A stretch of 33,731 nucleotides of DNA from assembly GCA_020354785.1 (NCBI GenBank), contig CP070654.1, forward strand, positions 2,474,274-2,508,004. The letters are read 5' to 3'. The notes below the pieces were generated by a model that saw nothing but the letters and a program-made list of their open reading frames with translations, was not told the origin of the DNA and made no database searches. The stretch is from Bacteroidales bacterium. GTDB lineage: Bacteria; Bacteroidota; Bacteroidia; Bacteroidales; UBA10428. A program made the position numbers and the translations under genes. Positions 1-9,763 of the stretch are shown piece by piece (positions within the stretch are counted from its first letter, which is position 1; each line of letters begins with the position of its first letter).

Positions 1-1168
1 CAATTATGATGCCCAGTATGCTTATGATAGAAGTAGATATATATAAGACCTTCATAGACTCACGGTCTGAAGATCTCTTTTTGAAATAACGCCCGTAATA
101 ATCGGTAAGAAAGACAGTCGCAGAGCTGTTAAAACTTGTAGAAATAGTGCTCATACCTGCTGCAAATATCGAAGCTATGAGTAAACCTGAAATTCCGGCA
201 GGTAACTCATTAACAATAAAGTGAGGAAAAATATGATCGCTCCTGGCAGGATCTGTTAATTCCTGCGGCAATTCGGCAGCACCGGAATTATAGAATGAGA
301 AAAGGGCCGCCCCGATAAAAAGAAAAATAAAAGATACAGGTATATACATCAAGCCACCCAGCAGTGCAGAACGCCTGGCTTCATTCTCACTTCGTGCTGC
401 TAAATAACGCTGTACATAGTTCTGGTCAATCCCGTAATTCTGTAAATTTATAAAAATGCCATATACCAGTACAACCCAGAATGTTGACTCAGAAATACTC
501 AGGCTGAAACTGCCCAGGCTGAATTTATTATTATCTGCGGCAATGGAGAATAACTGGCCTGATCCTTCCGGCATATTAAATAATATATAAACAGCACAAA
601 TGAGTGCACCGGCTATTAATATTATGCCCTGTAATGCGTCAGTCCATACAACTGCCTGTAATCCTCCCAGCATCGAGTATAGCATAACAAGTATACCTGT
701 AGATATAATGATGATAATTAAATTCCAGCCAAAGACGGCATTTAATGCAATGGCCAGGAGATACAGGATTGCACCGGTTCTCATTAGTTGTGTAAGCAGG
801 TAACATACAGATACATAAGTACGCGCCCATGGGCCAAATCTTTGTTCAAGGTATGTATATGCAGAAGGACTGTTAATTTTTCTGTACAGCGGTACAAAGA
901 AAAAAACTGCCACCAGTGATGCAACAGGGATGGACAGGCTGAAAACAAAGGCATTCCAGTTAGTTTTATAAGCATTGCCGGGTAAAGCCAGAAAGCTTAT
1001 ACTGCTCAGGTAAGTAGCAAATATAGACATGGCGACTACCCAGCCCGGGATATTCCTGTTTCCTAATGTAAAGGCTGCCGATGTCTTATTCTTCCTGTAA
1101 AAAGAACTCCCAAACACTGTAATACCGGCCAGATAGATCAGAAAAACTATTAAATCCGTGATCTTCAT
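1..1168 (-). CDS. Sodium:solute symporter (SSS/SLC5 family), N-terminal ~389 aa only; the 3' end lies beyond the left window edge
   Basis: Absent from the ORF track because no stop codon falls inside the window. Manual reverse-strand translation from the ATG at 1168-1166 stays open to position 1: MKITDLIVFLIYLAGITVFGSSFYRKNKTSAAFTLGNRNIPGWVVAMSIFATYLSSISFLALPG...SAYTYLEQRFGPWAR...MLGGLQAVVWTDALQG... It shows many hydrophobic helices plus the SSS-type 'YLEQRFG' and 'GGLxAVxWTDxxQ' signatures. Confidence 0.8.
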   Translation of the reverse strand, partial: MKITDLIVFLIYLAGITVFGSSFYRKNKTSAAFTLGNRNIPGWVVAMSIFATYLSSISFLALPGNAYKTNWNAFVFSLSIPVASLVAVFFFVPLYRKINSPSAYTYLEQRFGPWARTYVSVCYLLTQLMRTGAILYLLAIALNAVFGWNLIIIIISTGILVMLYSMLGGLQAVVWTDALQGIILIAGALICAVYILFNMPEGSGQLFSIAADNNKFSLGSFSLSISESTFWVVLVYGIFINLQNYGIDQNYVQRYLAARSENEARRSALLGGLMYIPVSFIFLFIGAALFSFYNSGAAELPQELTDPARSDHIFPHFIVNELPAGISGLLIASIFAAGMSTISTSFNSSATVFLTDYYGRYFKKRSSDRESMKVLYISTSIISILGIII

Positions 1169-1343
1169 ATACCTGAATTATGTTTATATTGTCTCACCAT
1201 TGAAAGCTCTCATTCCTGATTTAATACCTAGCTAAAATATTTTATTTGACTAAATAATAATTATTTAATAAAATAGACTTATAAAAGAATTATATTTATT
1301 AAACTTTATTTGCAAATCTATGTGAAGTAAGTTAATATTGCAA

Positions 1344-1357
1344 TAAAAACGTTTACA
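1344..1357. promoter_or_regulatory. Candidate LacI/GalR-type operator half-conserved palindrome (TAAAAACGTTTACA) in the divergent promoter region
   Basis: The core AAACGTTT is a perfect 8-bp palindrome with a central CG. It shares 10 of 11 positions (AAACGWTTACA) with the second site at 1412-1425. It lies in the 343-bp AT-rich gap between the divergent symporter and susC-like genes. Confidence 0.3.
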
Positions 1358-1411
1358 TTTTCAATAAGGTTTAATTTATTGTAACAGTCTTAAACTATGA
1401 GATATAACATA

Positions 1412-1425
1412 TGTAAACGATTACA
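1412..1425. promoter_or_regulatory. Candidate LacI/GalR-type operator (TGTAAACGATTACA), a near-perfect 14-bp palindrome
   Basis: 6 of 7 symmetric base pairs around a central CG. It matches the general LacI-family operator pattern TGTAAACGTTTACA and sits 87 bp upstream of the SusC start codon. Confidence 0.35.
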
Positions 1426-1511
1426 ATTACTATTTTATTTATAGCCTGAAACTGAATTATTTATCCAGGTAATATTATGCTATACTGATTACTAACTAAT
1501 TACCTTATAAT

Positions 1512-4500
1512 ATGAAAAAAACACTTATTATTTTGACACTGATCTTTTTTATCAGTAGTCAGTTACTTGCCCAGCTTGAAATTGGAGGGCAGGTAAAGAA
1601 TGTATCCGGAGAGCCTATACCGGGGGTGAATATCATAATTAAGGGTACCTTGCAGGGAACAGTTACCGATATAGATGGTAATTACTCCCTTTCCGGGGTG
1701 CCGGAAGGCGGAATCCTGGTTTTCTCATATGTGGGCATGTTAAGTGAGGAAGTCAATGTCGGAAACCAGACACGGATTGATCTAACAATGGTGGAGGATA
1801 TTCTTGATATGGAGGGAGTTGTAGTTATTGGATACGGAATGGTGAAAAAAAGGGATTTGACAGGTTCGGTAGCCTCGGTTAAAACAAATGATATAGTGAA
1901 GGCCCCTACCCGTAATCCCCTGGAGGCTATCCAGGGAATGGTGCCGGGAGTTGACATTACCAGGAATTCCGGAACTGCAGGTTCTGGTGCTAATATTGTA
2001 ATTCGTGGTAACAGGTCAATTCACGGCAGTAACAGTCCTTTATTTATTATAGACGGTATTCAGGGAAGTAGTTTCGGGGATCAGGGTGAGACGGTTGAAG
2101 ATCAGGGAAGTGACCTGATAGATTTGAATTCAAATGACATTGAATCAATAGAAGTTTTAAAAGATGCATCAGCGACGGCCATCTATGGTTCACAGGGAGC
2201 AAACGGTGTAGTAATTATTACAACAAAGAAAGGAGCAAGTGGTAAGACAAGGGTTTCTTACAATGGTTATTACGGGATAAACGGGTTAACACAATATCCA
2301 AAAGTCCGGCTTGGTGATGATTATATAGAGATGAGAAGAGAAGCTTATCGTGCAGTTGGCCAGTGGAACGATACAGTGGATGATCCGGAAGATTATTCCA
2401 GGTTATTTCCAAACGGGGATGAGAGGGCAGCTGTTGATTCAGGACAGTGGATTGACTGGCCTGATTTATTGTTTAGAAACGGAACACAGCAAAATCATCA
2501 GTTATCTGTAAGCGGCGGGACAGAAAAAACAAAATCCTATTTTTCAGTTGGTTATTATAAAGAGGAAGGTGTAGTTAGAATGGATGATATGACCCGTTAT
2601 AATGCCCGTTTAAATGTGGATCATATTGTTAATAAATGGATTGAGACCGGTATGAAAGCACAGCTCACATATTATGATCAGAACAGAAGAAAAGATCCTC
2701 TGTCAAAGTCAACCTCAACCACACCTTTGGGTGTTCCTTATGATGAGTATGGTAATATTAATTTATACCCGGTAGCAGGAAGCAGTTCAACCATAAGTCT
2801 GATGACAGATGAGCGTCCTGATATTGCAAAAGATAATACCGTATCAACTAATGTGTTGATTAACGGCTATCTTGATCTGACTCCGGTTAAAGGTCTTACA
2901 TTCAGATCTAACCTTGGTGTAAGTCTGGGTTATAAAAGAAGAGGCATTTACAATGCTGCTACTTCACTGAGCCAGAAAGACCTGAGGTACCCCTCAGCTT
3001 CAATGACCAATGATAATACCAGATTTGTCAACTGGGATAATATACTGACATATTCCGGAGAAGCAGGCGATCATTCATTTACTATTACAGCTATTACAAG
3101 TTATACGCAAAGTGACTATGATGAAGTTTATGCTTCAGGGAACAACCAGGTACTTTCTTCCCAGCTTTATTATAATTTAGGTGCTACAGACGTTGGTGAC
3201 AGGTCTATAACCTCCAGATATGTCGGTACCAGGACTATGTCTTATGCAGGAAGGATCAACTACAGTTACAGGGGTAAATATTTATTAACGCTAACGGAAC
3301 GTTTTGACGGAGCCTCGAGACTAGCCCCCGGTAACCAGTGGGATCATTTTCCTTCAGTAGCAGTTGCCTGGAGAATTAGCGATGAAGGTTTTATGGAGGC
3401 TGTTGAATCTGTTAGCAGCCTTAAGTTAAGACTCAGCTATGGAATAGCAGGGAACTCAGGTATCACTCCCTATGGCACACAAAGCAGTATTTCATACAAA
3501 GCAATGGGATTTGGAGATGAACCGGCTGCTGCCTATGAAATTAATCTTGAAAGAGATATGGTGGGCAATAGTGCCTTAGGATGGGAAAAATCGGCAACAA
3601 TAAACACCGGACTTGATTTAGCTATGTTCAGAAACAGGTTAAGTACTACAGTAGATATATACAGTACTAAAACAACAGATATTCTGCTTGAAAGATCACT
3701 ACCCCAATCCACAGGTGTTCCTAAAGTCTATCAAAATATCGGTAGTACCTTAAACAGGGGGATTGAACTCTCCATTAACTCGGTCAACGTTCATACCAGT
3801 AATTTCAAATGGACCTCTACATTTACTTTTGCCAGAAACAAGGAAGAAATTACAGATTTAATTGAAGGCGAGGATATTATTGATGAGATTGGAAATTCCC
3901 TGATTATCGGGCAGCCAATACATTCATTTTATACATGGGAAAAGCTGGGAATATGGCAACTTGGTGAAGAAGAAGAGGCCGCCCAGTTAACAGGTCCCAT
4001 AACCTTTGAACCCGGTGATATAAAACTGGCCAATCTTAATAATGATACTACAATAGATGCCTATGACAGAACATGTATTGGTGCCGCAGTCCCTGACTGG
4101 GTAGGCGGTCTGCAGAATACTTTTTCCTATAAATCATTAGAACTGAGTATTTATTTATTTGCTCGCTGGGGCCAGATGATAAATGCGGAATTTTTAGGGA
4201 GATATAACCCTAACGGTAGAGGAAATGGTCCTGCAAGTCATGATTACTGGACACCTGATAATCCTACTAATGACTTTCCAAGACCTACCAGAGACGCTGC
4301 CAACATAACTTATTATTATGGTTATCAGACTCTGAATTATGTAGACGGATCATATTTTAAGATAAAAAATATAACTCTCAGTTACACATTACCAGGAAGT
4401 CTTACTAAAAAAGTGCTGATAGACAAGCTCAGAATATATGCGACTGCATCAAATCTGTTTACATATACCAAAAACCATTTGATAAGAGAGTACGATCCTG

Positions 4501-4568
4501 AGAGAGGAGGCTCGGAAAAATTTCCTTTGAGCAAACAAATTGTTTTCGGGCTTAATATAGACTTCTAA
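1512..4568 (+). CDS. SusC/RagA-family TonB-dependent outer-membrane transporter (PUL 1)
   Basis: 1018 aa. Signal peptide, then an N-terminal carboxypeptidase-regulatory-like domain (GQVKNVSGEPIPGVNIIIKGT..GTVTDIDGNYSL), the SusC hallmark VVIGYGMVKKRDLTGSVASV, the plug motif IESIEVLKDASATAIYGSQGANGVVIITTKKG, and a C-terminal beta-barrel ending in F. A SusD gene follows directly. Confidence 0.95.
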   Translation: MKKTLIILTLIFFISSQLLAQLEIGGQVKNVSGEPIPGVNIIIKGTLQGTVTDIDGNYSLSGVPEGGILVFSYVGMLSEEVNVGNQTRIDLTMVEDILDMEGVVVIGYGMVKKRDLTGSVASVKTNDIVKAPTRNPLEAIQGMVPGVDITRNSGTAGSGANIVIRGNRSIHGSNSPLFIIDGIQGSSFGDQGETVEDQGSDLIDLNSNDIESIEVLKDASATAIYGSQGANGVVIITTKKGASGKTRVSYNGYYGINGLTQYPKVRLGDDYIEMRREAYRAVGQWNDTVDDPEDYSRLFPNGDERAAVDSGQWIDWPDLLFRNGTQQNHQLSVSGGTEKTKSYFSVGYYKEEGVVRMDDMTRYNARLNVDHIVNKWIETGMKAQLTYYDQNRRKDPLSKSTSTTPLGVPYDEYGNINLYPVAGSSSTISLMTDERPDIAKDNTVSTNVLINGYLDLTPVKGLTFRSNLGVSLGYKRRGIYNAATSLSQKDLRYPSASMTNDNTRFVNWDNILTYSGEAGDHSFTITAITSYTQSDYDEVYASGNNQVLSSQLYYNLGATDVGDRSITSRYVGTRTMSYAGRINYSYRGKYLLTLTERFDGASRLAPGNQWDHFPSVAVAWRISDEGFMEAVESVSSLKLRLSYGIAGNSGITPYGTQSSISYKAMGFGDEPAAAYEINLERDMVGNSALGWEKSATINTGLDLAMFRNRLSTTVDIYSTKTTDILLERSLPQSTGVPKVYQNIGSTLNRGIELSINSVNVHTSNFKWTSTFTFARNKEEITDLIEGEDIIDEIGNSLIIGQPIHSFYTWEKLGIWQLGEEEEAAQLTGPITFEPGDIKLANLNNDTTIDAYDRTCIGAAVPDWVGGLQNTFSYKSLELSIYLFARWGQMINAEFLGRYNPNGRGNGPASHDYWTPDNPTNDFPRPTRDAANITYYYGYQTLNYVDGSYFKIKNITLSYTLPGSLTKKVLIDKLRIYATASNLFTYTKNHLIREYDPERGGSEKFPLSKQIVFGLNIDF

Positions 4569-4600
4569 TAATATTAAATAATAAATAAACTCAGAATATT

Positions 4601-6352
4601 ATGAAGAATATAAAATATATAATTCAGTCCTGCATGACAGTTTTGTTTATAGCAAGTATGTCATCATGCGAAATAGAAGAATATAATCCCTCAGGAGTTA
4701 CAGCAGATGCTATATGGAGTACACCTGAAGGTTTTCAGACTCTTGTTAATATTGCCTATTCGGACCAGCGTACCTGGTATGGAAAAACAGATGGGCTTTT
4801 TATGTCTGAAACAGGGACAGATCTGTGGTTTAATAAGGAAAAAGACGGCTGGGCAAAAGAAATATCCAAATACGAGGATTTTACTCCTTCAACAGGCAAT
4901 CCGAACAAAGCAACATGGCGTGAAATGAATAAAGCACTGAATTTATGCAATGCGGGTATCGGACGTATAGGTGATGTAGATTTTCCGTCTGAAGAAGTAC
5001 GAAACCAGAAAGAAGGTGAACTGCGTTTTTTAAGAGCATTCTATCTCTGGCATATTGTTGAGACATGGGGAGGTGTAAGTTTAAGAACTGAAGAAACAAA
5101 AGAGCCTGTCCTGACTGCTGTCAGGAGTCAGGTTGAAGATTTCTACGAAGTAATAATGGGAGATCTCGAGTTTGCAAAAGACAATTTACCTCTTGACTAT
5201 GGAGATGAATACAGCCGGGCGACCGTAAAGTCGGCTCTTGGACTCCTTGCAAGGGTATATCTTACAAAGGCTTATCAATTAACAGGTGATCAGGCACTGT
5301 CATATTATACAATGGCCAGGGATATGGCCAAAGAAGTAATAGACAGGCAGGAAGAATTTAATGTTTCATTATGGAATAACTATGCTGATTTATGGAATCC
5401 GAACAACAACAAGGAAAATAAAGAAGCTTTATATGTAGTTAGTAACTCTACCAATACTGCTATAAATTATGACCTTAATGCAAACCGTTTGCACCTGTGG
5501 TTTATTACGGGTTACAGCGGTAAACCGGGTATGCAGCTAAGTATGGAGTACGGTGTGGATGACAGGAGGCGCCTGATGCCAACCTTGCATGTTCTGGATC
5601 TGTTTGATGAGAATATGGACTCACGCTATGAGAATTCTTTCCAGGAAGTATGGCTTTGTAATGACAGTGCTGATATACCGGTATGGACAGCTGAAGAAAT
5701 AGCTGCCGGCGGACTGGATCCGGGTTTAATTGACCAGAATAAATTCGAGTACGGAGATACTGCAATGTATATAACCAGGAAAAGCATTTCTGATGAGAAT
5801 ACACTTGGTTATCTTGTTATTGACAGGGACAGCGTTTATGATACAGCGGGAAATGGAGCCATTCACACGGGAGACGATTATGTGCAGCTTACAAAATACC
5901 TGGACCCGGTAACAAGAACGGATGCCACTTCAAGACCCGGATACCAGGATGTTATTGTAATAAGGCTTGCAGAAATGTATCTTATTGCTGCTGAAGCGGA
6001 ATTCAAGTTAAACAACAGAGCCCAGGCAGCAACTTATATTAATGTTCTCAGGACAAGAGCTGCTAAAAAAACACCTATTGATTACACTCAGGATATGCAG
6101 GTTACTGCCGGTGATATTTCTGTTGAGTTTATCCTTGATGAGAGAGGCAGAGAACTTTGCGGTGAGCATATAAGATGGTTTGATATAAAGAGAGTATTCA
6201 GCAATGATCCTGCGGGTTTTGTTAGCTATATAAAAACCAGAAATCCGGATATTGTTGAACTTAAGGAACATCATATATTGCGGCCGGTTCCGCAAACCGA
6301 GATAGATGCCCTGCTTAATGGTGAAGAATTTGGACAGAATCCGGGTTATTAG
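4601..6352 (+). CDS. SusD/RagB-family outer-membrane glycan-binding lipoprotein (PUL 1)
   Basis: 583 aa. Lipoprotein signal (..FIASMSSC), 32 nt downstream of SusC. SusD-type motifs are present: RAFYLWHIVETWGGV, VIVIRLAEMYLIAAEA, ERGRELCGEHIRWFDIKR, and a C-terminal ..NPGY. Confidence 0.9.
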   Translation: MKNIKYIIQSCMTVLFIASMSSCEIEEYNPSGVTADAIWSTPEGFQTLVNIAYSDQRTWYGKTDGLFMSETGTDLWFNKEKDGWAKEISKYEDFTPSTGNPNKATWREMNKALNLCNAGIGRIGDVDFPSEEVRNQKEGELRFLRAFYLWHIVETWGGVSLRTEETKEPVLTAVRSQVEDFYEVIMGDLEFAKDNLPLDYGDEYSRATVKSALGLLARVYLTKAYQLTGDQALSYYTMARDMAKEVIDRQEEFNVSLWNNYADLWNPNNNKENKEALYVVSNSTNTAINYDLNANRLHLWFITGYSGKPGMQLSMEYGVDDRRRLMPTLHVLDLFDENMDSRYENSFQEVWLCNDSADIPVWTAEEIAAGGLDPGLIDQNKFEYGDTAMYITRKSISDENTLGYLVIDRDSVYDTAGNGAIHTGDDYVQLTKYLDPVTRTDATSRPGYQDVIVIRLAEMYLIAAEAEFKLNNRAQAATYINVLRTRAAKKTPIDYTQDMQVTAGDISVEFILDERGRELCGEHIRWFDIKRVFSNDPAGFVSYIKTRNPDIVELKEHHILRPVPQTEIDALLNGEEFGQNPGY

Positions 6353-6365
6353 TTGGAGGGACGGT

Positions 6366-8642
6366 ATGAGAATATTATTAAGACTGCCGTTATATGTATC
6401 ATTAATTTTTACACTAATTTCCTGTAAAAAAGAACAGGTTACAGTTATTATATCCGACAGTTCTTCTGTCAGAACATTATACGGAATCGAGAGACTTGCC
6501 GGTTCTTTGTCTGAATCAGGTTACAGGGTTCAACAAGTAAATGATGATGAGTTACCTGTCAGGGGAATTTCAATTGTAATAGGCAGGCTTAAGGATACAC
6601 TAATTCATGATGTCTTTGACAAAACAAAAATCCAGGTTGATACCTTTCCCGGAAAAGAAGGATTTGTAATAAAAAGAAATAAGGACATAATAGTTGTAGC
6701 AGGTGCCGATGCCTCAGGGACCTTATACGGTTGTCTTGAATTATCCGGCATTGTAGAAGATCAGGGTAAACTTCCTGATAATGCTGACATTACTGACCAG
6801 CCAGAAATGACAATGCGCGGCACCTGTATAGGTTTGCAAAAAACAACATATTTGCCGGGCAGGAGAGTATATGAGTATCCATATACTCCTGAGAATTTTC
6901 CATGGTTTTATGACAGGGAATTATGGATTGAATACCTGGATATGCTTGTTGAGAACAGGTTTAATTCTCTATACTTATGGAATGGCCATCCGTTTGCTTC
7001 ACTGGTAAGATTGGAAGACTATCCTTATGCAGTGGAGGTAGACGAGGAGACTTTTAAAAAGAATGAGGAAATTTTCAGTTTTTTAACGGAAGAGGCTGAC
7101 AGGCGTGGTATTTATGTCATTCAAATGTTTTATAATATTATCGTCTCAAAACCTTTTGCTGAAAAACACGGACTTAAAACACAGGACAGGAACCGGCCGA
7201 TTATTCCTGTTATTGCTGATTATACCCGCAAGTCGATTGCTGCATTTGTGAAGAAATATCCTAATGTCGGATTAATGGTTGCCCTGGGTGAAGCAATTGG
7301 TACTGACCTGGATGATGTAAAATGGTTTACCGGCACTATTATTCCCGGTGTAAAAGACGGCCTGGCTGCCCTTGGCAGAACCGACGAACCGCCTATTATA
7401 CTCAGAGGGCACGATACAAAAGCTGAATTGGTCATAAATGAAGCCCTTCCAATATATAAGAATTTATATACAACACACAAATACAACGGGGAATCACTGA
7501 CGACCTATGAACCCAGAGGTTCATGGGCTCAGATTCACCAGGATATGAGTAAACTGGGCTCAGTGCATATATCCAATGTTCATATTCTGGCAAACCTTGA
7601 ACCTTTCAGATATGGTTCACCTGATTTTATTCAAAAATCAGTAAAGGCAATGCACGATATTCAGGGAGCGAACGGGCTTCATCTTTATCCGCAGTCTTCT
7701 TACTGGGACTGGCCTTACACAGCTGATAAAACCTCCCCCAGGTTGTTACAAGTTGATCGTGACTGGATCTGGTACAGAACATGGGGCAGATATGCATGGA
7801 ATTGCAGACATAACCGTAATGATGAGATTATGTACTGGACAGATGAATTAGGGAAATATTATGGATGCGGTAAATATGGAAGAGATATCCTGAATGCTTA
7901 TGAACAGACCGGTGAAATTGCCCCGAAACTATTACGGCGATTCGGTATTTCAGACGGCAACAGGCAGACATTACTGCTGGGAATGTTTATGAGCCAGCTT
8001 GTTAATCCTTATAAATGGAGGGTTTACAGCAATTTCTATACTTCCAGCGGCCCTGAGGGTGAAATAATTATTGATTACGCAAAGAAAGAATGGGAGAAAG
8101 AACCGCATATTGGTGAAACTCCCGTGCAGATTATTAGAGAGGTGGTTCAGCATGGAAAAACTGCAGTTGAATCAATAGAAAAAGCAGCACCAAATGTAAA
8201 AACCAATAAGGAAGAATTCTCCAGATTAAAAAATGACATATACTGCTACCGGGCTCTGGCAAATTTCTTTTCGGAAAAAGTTAATGCAGCTCTGTTAGTG
8301 TCGGGGTACAGGTACTCAAAAGATATTTCCGATCTGGATAAAGCTGTTATATTCCTTGAAAAAAGCATTGAGTATTATGAACAGGTGGTAGAACTGACAA
8401 GAGAAAGTTATTTATACGCCAACAGTATGCAAACCAGGCAAAGAAGAATCCCTATTGGCGGGGATGAAGGGAAAAACAAAACCTGGGCTGAGCTATTGGA
8501 TCATTACAGGACAGAACTGGTTAATTTTAAGAGGAATATTCAGCTTCTGAAATCATCAGGTGCCGGCCAGACGGTTTCTACCTACGATGCAGGCCTGGGA
8601 GGAGATGAAAATATTGAGACTATCGACTGGTTGTTTTATTAA
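6366..8642 (+). CDS. Lipoprotein, putative glycoside hydrolase of unassigned family (N-terminal GH20b/GH67N-like alpha/beta domain plus putative TIM barrel plus helical C-terminal region)
   Basis: The track ORF starts at 6306 and overlaps the SusD stop. The internal ATG at 6366 gives a clean lipoprotein signal, MRILLRLPLYVSLIFTLISCKK. The segment GKEGFVIKRNKDIIVVAGADASGTLYGCLEL resembles the N-terminal domain that precedes the catalytic barrel in the GH20/GH67/GH115 type of enzyme. It is followed by DQPEMTMRGT...YLDMLVENRFNSLYLWNGHPF, which is barrel-like. I could not recognise a family signature. Confidence 0.4.
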   Translation: MRILLRLPLYVSLIFTLISCKKEQVTVIISDSSSVRTLYGIERLAGSLSESGYRVQQVNDDELPVRGISIVIGRLKDTLIHDVFDKTKIQVDTFPGKEGFVIKRNKDIIVVAGADASGTLYGCLELSGIVEDQGKLPDNADITDQPEMTMRGTCIGLQKTTYLPGRRVYEYPYTPENFPWFYDRELWIEYLDMLVENRFNSLYLWNGHPFASLVRLEDYPYAVEVDEETFKKNEEIFSFLTEEADRRGIYVIQMFYNIIVSKPFAEKHGLKTQDRNRPIIPVIADYTRKSIAAFVKKYPNVGLMVALGEAIGTDLDDVKWFTGTIIPGVKDGLAALGRTDEPPIILRGHDTKAELVINEALPIYKNLYTTHKYNGESLTTYEPRGSWAQIHQDMSKLGSVHISNVHILANLEPFRYGSPDFIQKSVKAMHDIQGANGLHLYPQSSYWDWPYTADKTSPRLLQVDRDWIWYRTWGRYAWNCRHNRNDEIMYWTDELGKYYGCGKYGRDILNAYEQTGEIAPKLLRRFGISDGNRQTLLLGMFMSQLVNPYKWRVYSNFYTSSGPEGEIIIDYAKKEWEKEPHIGETPVQIIREVVQHGKTAVESIEKAAPNVKTNKEEFSRLKNDIYCYRALANFFSEKVNAALLVSGYRYSKDISDLDKAVIFLEKSIEYYEQVVELTRESYLYANSMQTRQRRIPIGGDEGKNKTWAELLDHYRTELVNFKRNIQLLKSSGAGQTVSTYDAGLGGDENIETIDWLFY

Positions 8643-8671
8643 AAGTAAAGAATAGATAATCAGATAATTAT

Positions 8672-9763
8672 ATGAAATACCATTACAATAAATTTCTTGG
8701 TAACACTTTATTGCCTGTTGATATTGTGCTGGCACCTGAATGGTGGAATAAAAACGAAAAAATAATATTTGACAGGGATTTCTTCTTTAATCCAGCCAAA
8801 AGAGTAGAGGAAGAACAGAAAATGGAGAAAGTACTATATGAACGCTGGGGCAGATACGGACTAGGACAACATAAAGATGAGAAACGGCCTGAGATTGGTG
8901 CTGTGCATCTTGCTGCAGGCTTTTTACTTTCTGAAATGCTTGGGTGCAAAGTTGATTATACTGAAGGGCATCCTCCCCAGGTTATTACCGCTAACAGAGA
9001 AGATCTCTCGCTGAATGTAGAGTATGTATTTAAATCTCCGGCATTTATTAGTATTACGAACATGTGGGATAGTATGAAGAAAAAGTACGGATATCTGACA
9101 GGAGATATTAACTGGGGAGGTGTTCTGAACCTGGCCATGGATCTCAGGGGACAACATATTTTAATGGATATGATGATGAATCCTCATGAAGTGAAATTAT
9201 ACTTTAAAAAAATTGCCGGAATTATTACAAAATTTACTTCAGCCATGATGAACGAAACAGGAACGACATCAATTTCAGTAAACCGCGCAGTAAGACATTT
9301 TAAAAAGCCGGTCTTACTTCATTCAGAATGTACATATACAATGATTTCTGCAGAAGACTACGATAACTTTTTGCTTGATATTGATATAGAATGGAGCAGG
9401 CAACGTCCTTTTGGGATTCACTATTGCGGCCCTGATCCGCACCGCATGGCTGAGAGTTATGCAAAAATTCCACACCTTGATTTTCTGGATCTTGGATGGG
9501 GTGGTGATGTGAAAATATTAAGGGAGTACCTGCCCGATACATTCTTCAATATCAGACTCAGTCCTGCTGAAGTTATAAGTCAGAGTAATGAAGAGATTAG
9601 AGAGACGATTGTCCGCCTGGTAAAAGACTCTGATAATCCATTTCTTACAGGAATTTGCTGTATAAATATGGATGATCTTGTTAGCGATGATAAAATAGAT
9701 ACCATTTTCGAAACAGTTGAAAGCTTAAGGTCAGAATATCTGAGAACCGATGAAAAAGTTTGA
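8672..9763 (+). CDS. Cytoplasmic URO-D/MtaA-like (uroporphyrinogen decarboxylase / methyltransferase superfamily) protein with a putative Zn site, paralog 1
   Basis: 363 aa with no signal peptide. Superfamily-like blocks are present: GDINWGGVLNLAMDLRG...MMMNPHEVKLYFKKIAGIITKF, then TMISAEDYDNFLL, then the His-x-Cys-Gly motif IHYCG (H250/C252, nt 9419-9427) and a CC pair 77-78 residues later (C329/C330, nt 9656-9661). This spacing resembles the H-x-C...C zinc site of MtaA/MetE-type alkyltransferases. The assignment is by eye only. Confidence 0.55.
   Translation: MKYHYNKFLGNTLLPVDIVLAPEWWNKNEKIIFDRDFFFNPAKRVEEEQKMEKVLYERWGRYGLGQHKDEKRPEIGAVHLAAGFLLSEMLGCKVDYTEGHPPQVITANREDLSLNVEYVFKSPAFISITNMWDSMKKKYGYLTGDINWGGVLNLAMDLRGQHILMDMMMNPHEVKLYFKKIAGIITKFTSAMMNETGTTSISVNRAVRHFKKPVLLHSECTYTMISAEDYDNFLLDIDIEWSRQRPFGIHYCGPDPHRMAESYAKIPHLDFLDLGWGGDVKILREYLPDTFFNIRLSPAEVISQSNEEIRETIVRLVKDSDNPFLTGICCINMDDLVSDDKIDTIFETVESLRSEYLRTDEKV

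Noticed and set aside
600-975. Three short track ORFs (600-803 +, 639-830 -, 784-975 -)
   Set aside because: They lie in other frames inside the long open reverse-strand frame of the sodium:solute symporter (1-1168). Their translations are low-complexity with no motifs, so I treat them as spurious.
6306-6365. Upstream extension of the GH-like lipoprotein ORF (track start 6306)
   Set aside because: It overlaps the last 47 nt of the SusD gene, and the extension (MPCLMVKNLDRIRVISWRDG) has no signal character. The ATG at 6366 gives a canonical lipoprotein signal peptide.
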